NCBI GenBank assembly: GCA_964557565.1
Contig: CAZLAH010000001.1
Coordinates: forward strand, 37,112 to 76,870
From: an uncultured Candidatus Saccharibacteria bacterium
Lineage (GTDB): Bacteria; Patescibacteriota; Dojkabacteria; SC72
Direction: 5' to 3'
DNA: 39,759 bases
Of the stretch, positions 9,225 to 15,633 are shown one piece after another; positions within the stretch are counted from its first letter, which is position 1, and each line of letters starts with the position of its first letter. The position numbers were made by a program, and so were the translations under genes. The notes under the pieces were generated by a model. It saw only the letters and a list, made by a program, of their open reading frames with translations. It had not been told where the DNA came from and made no database searches.

Positions 9225-9791
9225 ATGATACTTTCAGATAAAAGTATAAAAGAGAAGATTAAGAAAGGTAGTATAACTATAAAGCCTTTTAAGGAAGAAT
9301 TCCTTCAGCCTGCTTCGTATGATTTACATTTAGATAAGTATTTTCTTGTATTCAATAAAGAAGAGATAGGTATATTAGATGTTAAAGAGAAGCCTAAGAA
9401 ATTAATGAGAGAGATAGTAGCAAATGAAAAGGATGGATTCATAATTCATCCAGGAGAATTTGTATTAGCAAATATAGTTGAAGTAACAGGTGTAGATAAT
9501 ATGCATGTTGGTAGGTTAGAGGGTAAAAGCTCTTTAGGAAGAATAGGGCTAATCATTCATGCTACAGCAGGTTTCCTAGATCCAGGTAACAAGCTTCGAT
9601 TAACATTAGAACTAGCTAATGTCTCTCCAATACCAATAAAGATATATCCTGGTATGAAGATTGCACAAATAGCTTTCGAAGAGCTTACTACAGAGTGTGA
9701 AAGGCCATATGGGTCATCAGAGCTAAATAGCAAGTATGTAGGTGACACAAAGGTCAAAGAAAGCCAAATGTGGAAGAATTTTTCTAAATAA
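9225..9791 (+). CDS. dcd: dCTP deaminase (possibly bifunctional dCTP deaminase/dUTPase)
   Basis: 188 aa. MILSDKSI..., QPASYDLHL, GRLEGKSSLGRIGL and the dUTPase-like fold pattern. Confidence 0.9.
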   Translation: MILSDKSIKEKIKKGSITIKPFKEEFLQPASYDLHLDKYFLVFNKEEIGILDVKEKPKKLMREIVANEKDGFIIHPGEFVLANIVEVTGVDNMHVGRLEGKSSLGRIGLIIHATAGFLDPGNKLRLTLELANVSPIPIKIYPGMKIAQIAFEELTTECERPYGSSELNSKYVGDTKVKESQMWKNFSK

Positions 9792-9799
9792 AAACTCTC

Positions 9800-11023
9800 C
9801 TACATTTGAGGAGGTACAGGAGGAAGTTCTTCTTCTGGTTGCTGTACTGGTGGTGTTACAGGAGTATTCTCTACGACCGGTTGTGTGACAGAAGTCTCTT
9901 CAGCCATCTGACCTGCAGGAATCTGTTGTATCTCGTTATTTACTAATTGTTGTAGATCTATTGCTTTCTCTTCGACATTTATAGTCTCAGGAGCACTAGT
10001 TACAGGAACTTCTGGAGCTATGTTCTCATTCATTACAGGTATAGCCTCTGGTAGGTTGTTGTTTGTCATTGGAGTTGAAAGAGGTGTTTCCATAGGACTT
10101 TCCATAACTGGAGGATTTGCAACAGGAGCAGCTTCTACAACAGGAGGTACAGTAGGAATATCCATCTTTACCTCAGGTTCGCTCTCTTTAGCTATTAAAT
10201 CCTTAAGATCATTTTGTTCCATACTCTGTTCTACAGGTGCTTGCATAGGAGGAGTTTCTACAGGAGTAGCAGTTACATTGTTTGAATTAACCATATCTTT
10301 TAAAGTAGGTTCTTTGGTAACTGTTTGTGTTTCAGTATTGCTCTCAACAGTTGGCTCTGTTTGAGGAGTTGTTTCTACAACATTGTCATCTTTCTTTCTA
10401 GTAAGAAGAACGCCAACAATACTTATTAGCAGAATTACAGAACCTCCAAGAAGTATGTATGGCAAATACTCCATTATATCAATACCAAAAAATGTTGAAC
10501 TACTAGATGATGTATCGTTTGTATTTGTAGAAACCAAAGCAACATCTTCTGTTGTACTCTCTGTTTCTGTCTCTGTAGTTGTAGTTTCCTCTGTTGTGGT
10601 TACAACCTCTCCAACATTAACTACAGTTCCTAATGTTGCATCACCCAAATCAACTGTATCTTCTACAACTGTTATACTGTAATCTTCACTCTCTGTAGTA
10701 AATATAATGTTAGCGACGATACCCTCTACTACAGTAGCCTCATCGAAAGTACATAGAAAATCAATTGAAGCAGCATCAATAGTAGGGGTAAATTCGCTAC
10801 ATACGACAGTACCACTATTTACTTCTGAAAATGTTATATCTTCTGATCCTTCTATTGTAAGTTGAATACCTTCTAAGGCATCAGTTCCTGAGTCTATTGT
10901 TAATGAGGCACTTTTGATAGTAGTTGTAGACTTATCCGCTAAGGTAATATCAACAGCTGCGAGAACTCTCAAAGGTAGTAAAAAGAATGAAAGCAAAAGG
11001 ACAGAGAGAAATACTTTTTTCAT
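9800..11023 (-). CDS. type-I membrane surface protein: signal peptide, cohesin-like beta-sandwich, Thr/Ser linker, TM helix, ~200-aa Pro/Glu/Val/Thr-rich tail
   Basis: 407 aa. Signal peptide MKKVFLSVLLLSFFLLPLRVLA/AV. T/E/S-rich linker at residues ~141-176. TM helix YLPYILLGGSVILLISIVGVLLT followed by RKKDD, then a low-complexity P/E/V/T tail to the C-terminus. Confidence 0.8.
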   Translation of the reverse strand: MKKVFLSVLLLSFFLLPLRVLAAVDITLADKSTTTIKSASLTIDSGTDALEGIQLTIEGSEDITFSEVNSGTVVCSEFTPTIDAASIDFLCTFDEATVVEGIVANIIFTTESEDYSITVVEDTVDLGDATLGTVVNVGEVVTTTEETTTTETETESTTEDVALVSTNTNDTSSSSSTFFGIDIMEYLPYILLGGSVILLISIVGVLLTRKKDDNVVETTPQTEPTVESNTETQTVTKEPTLKDMVNSNNVTATPVETPPMQAPVEQSMEQNDLKDLIAKESEPEVKMDIPTVPPVVEAAPVANPPVMESPMETPLSTPMTNNNLPEAIPVMNENIAPEVPVTSAPETINVEEKAIDLQQLVNNEIQQIPAGQMAEETSVTQPVVENTPVTPPVQQPEEELPPVPPQM

Positions 11024-11052
11024 AGTTTGGACAGTTTATATTATTCACATTT

Positions 11053-11081
11053 AGATTATCATTTGTAATACATCATGTCAA
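11053..11081 (-). promoter_or_regulatory. sigma70-type promoter for the 9800-11023 gene
   Basis: Read on the minus strand: TTGACA (11081-11076), 17-nt spacer, TAATCT (11058-11053). Confidence 0.45.
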
Positions 11082-11090
11082 AACAAATAT

Positions 11091-11119
11091 TTGACTTAAA
11101 GTAGTAAGAAATATACACT
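11091..11119 (+). promoter_or_regulatory. sigma70-type promoter for the Lon-like AAA+ gene
   Basis: TTGACT (11091-11096), 17-nt spacer, TACACT (11114-11119). Back-to-back with the divergent promoter. Confidence 0.45.
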
Positions 11120-11143
11120 TGTATATACATTTAAAACTGCCTT

Positions 11144-12337
11144 ATGGACTATCAAAATACATACAACAATAGTAGTCAATTCCCTTCAACAAGCTCTCAA
11201 GTAGAAGAGAACTTGAACGAGGTTTTGGCTTTGGAAAACAAACTAGCTACCTCTAATGCACCGGTTGGATTAAAAGAAGAAGCTATGAGAAGTGTTCAAA
11301 GATTAAAGAGAATGTTTAGAATGGGAGGCTACAGTAGCGAATTTGAGAATGTGAATAAGTATATAGATTGGATTACTAGAATACCTTGGGGGATTCTCTC
11401 CCAAGATAGTTTTGATATTCAAAATGCTAAAAAACTAATGGATAGTACTCATTATGGTATGGATACGATTAAGGATTTGATTCTTGATTATCTTGCTACT
11501 ATGCAACTTCAAAGCAGAGGTGTTGTCTCAACTATGCCTACTCAAGTAAGAATGAATGAAATGGATCAAACATCAGCTACTATGGTTAAATTAAAGGGTT
11601 CTTCTGCCAATGCACCTGTATTTCTTTTTGTAGGTCTACAAGGTGTAGGTAAAACCTCTATTGCCAAATCAATAGCTTCTTCTATGGGAAGAAAATTCAT
11701 AAGAGTATCACTTGGTGCAATTGGTGACGTTCGTACTTTAAGGGGAACACCTAGATACTCAATCGATGGAGAGCCAGGACAGATAATAAAGGCATTGATT
11801 AGATGTGAGAGTATGAATCCAGTTATATTGCTTGATGAAATAGAGAAATCTAGTGGTAATGCAGGTCTTCTTAACGATGTTATGGCAACTCTCTTGGAGA
11901 TATTAGATCCAGAACAGAATGCAACATTTGTCGATCATTATATCGATTATCCAGTAGATCTTTCTAATGTATTCTTCATATGTACTGCAAATAATCTTGG
12001 AGGCCTCTCTGCAGCTTTACTCGATCGTGTTGAGGTAATTAGATTTACTAGCTATTCTGATGAAGAAAAAGAAGTAATTGCTAAACAATATATTCTTCCA
12101 AAGGTATTAGAAAATCTTCATCTTACATCTGATCATATAAAGATAGAGGAAGAGGTATGGCCATTAATTATTCGTCCAGTAGGTTTTGATGCTGGTATTC
12201 GTCAACTTGAAAGAAATATTACTACCTTAGTAAGAAGTGCTGCTAGAATGATTATTGAAGGCCAGCAATTCCCAATAGTAGTCAATGCTACGAATCTAAG
12301 TCAATTTGTTCTAGCTGACCAAGGACCATTAAGCTAA
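11144..12337 (+). CDS. stand-alone Lon-type AAA+ ATPase (no Lon N-domain, no protease domain)
   Basis: 397 aa. Collinear with the Lon coiled-coil plus AAA+ module: YIDWITRIPW, HYGMDTIKDLILDYLA, Walker A GLQGVGKTSIAKSIA, Walker B ILLDEIEK, LEILDPEQNATFVDHYIDYPVDLSNV, LLDRVEVIRF, AGIRQLER. Ends at the point where the Lon protease domain would begin. Confidence 0.85.
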   Translation: MDYQNTYNNSSQFPSTSSQVEENLNEVLALENKLATSNAPVGLKEEAMRSVQRLKRMFRMGGYSSEFENVNKYIDWITRIPWGILSQDSFDIQNAKKLMDSTHYGMDTIKDLILDYLATMQLQSRGVVSTMPTQVRMNEMDQTSATMVKLKGSSANAPVFLFVGLQGVGKTSIAKSIASSMGRKFIRVSLGAIGDVRTLRGTPRYSIDGEPGQIIKALIRCESMNPVILLDEIEKSSGNAGLLNDVMATLLEILDPEQNATFVDHYIDYPVDLSNVFFICTANNLGGLSAALLDRVEVIRFTSYSDEEKEVIAKQYILPKVLENLHLTSDHIKIEEEVWPLIIRPVGFDAGIRQLERNITTLVRSAARMIIEGQQFPIVVNATNLSQFVLADQGPLS

Positions 12338-12585
12338 TACCCTTTAAAAGGATTTACTAATTTCAATGAAGATACTGCTCTCTGTAGTTGTGGATTCTTA
12401 ATGTTCTTAGCAATATTTGCTTTGTACTGACTTTTCTCTTCTGCCTTTTTTAGAAGATCTAAGTCTGTTTGAGAAGTTTGTTCTGGAATAGAGGAGGTAT
12501 CTACTTGTTTTGTAACAAGGTAGTTACTCTCATCCAAAAAATTTACATTCACATTACTATTGTTTGATTGATCCATTTTCTTCAT
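12334..12585 (-). CDS. small hypothetical protein, last gene of the VirB4-like module
   Basis: 83-aa N/Q/S/K-rich ORF with ATG start and no TM helix. Its start overlaps the VirB4-like stop by 29 nt. It is the only ORF covering this otherwise non-coding stretch in a very compact genome. Confidence 0.4.
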   Translation of the reverse strand: MKKMDQSNNSNVNVNFLDESNYLVTKQVDTSSIPEQTSQTDLDLLKKAEEKSQYKANIAKNIKNPQLQRAVSSLKLVNPFKGY

Positions 12586-14998
12586 CCGGATAACTTTGAA
12601 TAAGGCCTTGAGGAGTAAGATGAGACTTACCCTTTTGTATTTCCTCTCTGGACTTTGTAACTTGACCTGAGAGAGTTTTAGACTTCAGCTCTTGTAGGAA
12701 TGTTGTCTGAGATTTCTGTTTCTCTGGATTTAGCTCCATTTCTTGCATTCTCAATCTCTCTGCTAATTCCTTCTGATAATTCACTCTTTCTTCTTCAAGT
12801 ATATTCTCGTGTGTTCTTGTTTTATCTATGGCTTCTCTGATAATTTGATCTTGTCTTAAAGTGCTCATATCTTGGACTTTAACTTGTTGAGCAGGAGGCT
12901 CAAATATCTGAGCAAGTTCTTCTATACTTCTAGTATCTGTAGTTCCTTTTCTCTCTTTTAATTTCTCTAAATCTCGAGGATCAGATGTAATAATTTCATG
13001 TTCTGCTTGACTTGATATTACTTGGATTCCTACATGATTTGAACCAGCGAAAAATAGTCCCTGTCCTTTGTCACATGTAAGAAGGAAATTCCTTTCACCA
13101 TCAGAAAGATTGAAAACTTCCTGTAGCTTTTCTAAAGAAGAAGGACTTTGTTTCATTAGCATTTGCAAAGAGGAGTTAGAGATAATTGCTTTCCCCATAT
13201 CATTGTTTAAGAAATCTGCTACATCTTGTGTGATTGTTGATAGTCCTAAGTAATACTTCCTTGCTCTTTTTGCAATGGAGTACATGAAATTTGCAGAATC
13301 TTTTGATTGCATCATATACCAAGCTTCATCTACTATTAATAGTCTTCTCTTACGATCTTTCCTGATCTTGGTCCAAATAAAATCGAGCATAAGGTACATA
13401 GCAAGTGGTTTTAGTTCCTCTTGTAGATCTCTAATACTAAATACGGTGAAAGGATTGCTAATCTCGAAGTTACTGGCTTCGTTAAAGACTCCAGCACCAC
13501 TACCAATGATGTATTTCTCTAATCTTCTTGCTAAACCATGCGCCTCATTTTCTGCCATACCTTTGAGAACTTTATACAGATCTTCAAGTAGGGGAGGTTG
13601 TTTTGTTTGAGTAGCAGGATCAAATGTTATACCCTTCTCTCTATATGTAAGAATTAATGCTTTATCGAGAATAGATCCTTCAATACTAGTTATATCACCG
13701 AAAAGAACGCGGAAGAATCCCTGTAAGGAAAGCATCTTCATTCTTAATTCGTCATCTCCTTCTTCTGATACTCCTGAGAGCTCGAATGGATTCATCTTGT
13801 TTCCTTTGTCTTGAGAGAAGGAAATATATGCACCATTAACGGCATGTGAGAGATTTTCATACTCTCTTTCTGGATCTATGATTATTATCTCGGTACCAAG
13901 CATAAGGCTTCTTACAGCTTCTAATTTTACGAAGTAGCTCTTACCTGCACCTGACTTCGCAAATACAACTGTATTTGCATTCTCTAATTCAAATCTGTCA
14001 AATATAACTAAACTTCTATTATGCATATTTATGCCGTACATAATTCCATGATCCATAGTTAACTCTGAAGTTACAAATGGGAATGTAGTCGCCAAGGATG
14101 TAGTATCCATATTTCTTGTGATATACAGATTGTCGATACCCAAAGGTTGTGTACTTACAAATCCTTGCTCTTGTTGGAGTGTAGTAGGCTTTGCAGTAAC
14201 ATTTATAGCTGCAAGTGTAGAGATGACATTACGCGTATATTTTTCTAGAAGATCCTTATCTTCTGCATATATATTTATATACATTGAAAAATGGAAGAAC
14301 TTCTCAGTACCCTCCGCGATTGAATCCTGTAACTGCTGTGCGTCAGAAAGGGCAACTTTTAATGATGGGTCTACAACTTTTCTCTCTTCCATCTGTGCAT
14401 AGAGGGAAGCTTCCATCTCACCAATCTTCTTCTTCAATTTTTCTAATATCGTTTTTGAATCTACAGGATAGTAAAAGGTACTAATTCTCAGAGAGTGTTC
14501 AAAGTTAATGATTGGAGATAGCCAGTTAGGTCCTACAAATCTTGGATATCCACTTACGAAAAGAGTCTTGAAATAGTAATTACCCATTTGTAAGTGATTA
14601 AAATCAACCTCCAAATCTATCGGTGCAATGATATCTTGTATAGACATTTCTTCTCCATTCTCTATATTTATTGTATTTTGAATAATCTGCTCTTCTTCTT
14701 CCTGTTCTTTCTCTTTCTTCTTTTTAGACCCACCAAACATATCTTTGACATTCTCAAGGACCATCTCTGCTAAACCCTTTTTCTTTTTAATTTCTTCATC
14801 TTCAACTAAAGGATCAAAATACTTGTTACGATTATCACCATCATCTTTTGGTTCTACACTCTGTATCTCCTTCTGGATAGTCTCTCTAAACTGGGCATAC
14901 TTCTCTCCCTTTGTTTGAAACTTGTTTTGAGATTCCTCAAGCATCTTGCTTGTTGTATTCTCAATCCCTTGGTTGTTTAAACTATTTATATCTACCAT
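12557..14998 (-). CDS. VirB4/TraC/PrgJ-family type IV secretion-like ATPase
   Basis: 813 aa. Walker A VVFAKSGAGKSYFVK, Walker B RRLLIVDEAWYMM, RARKYYLGLSTITQDVADF (RK...TQ..D motif). VirB4-type N-domain (NYYFKTLFVSGYPRFVGPNWLSPIINF). Has charged low-complexity N- and C-terminal extensions. Confidence 0.85.
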   Translation of the reverse strand: MVDINSLNNQGIENTTSKMLEESQNKFQTKGEKYAQFRETIQKEIQSVEPKDDGDNRNKYFDPLVEDEEIKKKKGLAEMVLENVKDMFGGSKKKKEKEQEEEEQIIQNTINIENGEEMSIQDIIAPIDLEVDFNHLQMGNYYFKTLFVSGYPRFVGPNWLSPIINFEHSLRISTFYYPVDSKTILEKLKKKIGEMEASLYAQMEERKVVDPSLKVALSDAQQLQDSIAEGTEKFFHFSMYINIYAEDKDLLEKYTRNVISTLAAINVTAKPTTLQQEQGFVSTQPLGIDNLYITRNMDTTSLATTFPFVTSELTMDHGIMYGINMHNRSLVIFDRFELENANTVVFAKSGAGKSYFVKLEAVRSLMLGTEIIIIDPEREYENLSHAVNGAYISFSQDKGNKMNPFELSGVSEEGDDELRMKMLSLQGFFRVLFGDITSIEGSILDKALILTYREKGITFDPATQTKQPPLLEDLYKVLKGMAENEAHGLARRLEKYIIGSGAGVFNEASNFEISNPFTVFSIRDLQEELKPLAMYLMLDFIWTKIRKDRKRRLLIVDEAWYMMQSKDSANFMYSIAKRARKYYLGLSTITQDVADFLNNDMGKAIISNSSLQMLMKQSPSSLEKLQEVFNLSDGERNFLLTCDKGQGLFFAGSNHVGIQVISSQAEHEIITSDPRDLEKLKERKGTTDTRSIEELAQIFEPPAQQVKVQDMSTLRQDQIIREAIDKTRTHENILEEERVNYQKELAERLRMQEMELNPEKQKSQTTFLQELKSKTLSGQVTKSREEIQKGKSHLTPQGLIQSYPDEENGSIKQ

Positions 14999-15000
14999 AT

Positions 15001-15633
15001 CTATTCGTCTGGATTATATATTGTGTAAAATTCAGTTATTAATTCTTTTGTAGTAAGTTGATGACCATACAATCCCATTTTACTTAATTGCTTAAGAATG
15101 TGATCTCTTTTGGGGAAAAGAAAAAGCTTTGCTTTCTCTACAAGTTGATCTGTTTGCATCTTCTGATATCTTTCTTGTTCTTCTTTGTTTTTCTTTGAAT
15201 CAAAAAGATTCGCACCTGGTAATTGAAGGGCAGGGCTGTAAGGTACAACTAAGAAAAAGCTCTTGTCCAAAACATCATTTTGCACAATTAAGTTCTGTAC
15301 AAATGAAGTATATATTTCTAACTGTTTCTTCAAACCATCGCTCATTGGTTTCTCTTTTTGCTCTTTAAGATAGTCTATGTAGTTTGTAATATCAATTCTT
15401 TTAGTACGAATTAAAATCTGGATTCTGAAATTCAAAGAATTAAGTAATCCTGCAAAAGCATAAATTTTACTATCTTGCTCATACTCTGCAAGAAGATCAA
15501 AATTGATTGCAGATGTTTGAATTACCATTGATACAGTACCATTCTTGTTCACAATTAAGTCATCTACGATCTCTCTCAGAGCTAAATGCTCTTGTGTTGA
15601 TGAAGTTGTTCTTGCTCTTGCATTCTTATCCAT
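15001..15633 (-). CDS. hypothetical soluble protein of the VirB4-like module (possible VirB4 N-domain-like paralogue)
   Basis: 210 aa with no TM helix. Its ATG directly abuts the upstream stop (TAG at 15634-15636) and its own stop lies 2 nt from the VirB4-like ATG. Pattern NGTVSMVIQTSAINFDLL...LLNSLNFRIQILIRTKRIDITNYIDYLKE. Confidence 0.75.
   Translation of the reverse strand: MDKNARARTTSSTQEHLALREIVDDLIVNKNGTVSMVIQTSAINFDLLAEYEQDSKIYAFAGLLNSLNFRIQILIRTKRIDITNYIDYLKEQKEKPMSDGLKKQLEIYTSFVQNLIVQNDVLDKSFFLVVPYSPALQLPGANLFDSKKNKEEQERYQKMQTDQLVEKAKLFLFPKRDHILKQLSKMGLYGHQLTTKELITEFYTIYNPDE

Noticed and set aside
10020-10682. Plus-strand ORFs (114 and 99 aa) antisense to the 407-aa surface protein gene
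   Set aside because: They arise from the repetitive P/T/E-coding region read on the opposite strand (S/G/V/T-rich translations). They have no independent start context, and the minus-strand gene has a signal peptide, a domain and a TM helix.
11144-12337. Lon-like gene as a decayed pseudogene fragment
   Set aside because: The ORF is uninterrupted, all ATPase motifs are intact, it has its own promoter-like element, and there is no remnant of N- or protease-domain coding sequence on either side.
12557-12585. The identical 29-nt overlap length at two gene junctions (12557-12585 and 21287-21315) as a programmed feature
   Set aside because: The two overlap sequences are unrelated. This is most likely coincidence in a compact genome.
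13068-14484. Four plus-strand ORFs (61-111 aa) antisense to the VirB4-like gene
   Set aside because: The minus-strand frame carries intact Walker A/B and VirB4 motifs over the same DNA. The antisense products have no features.
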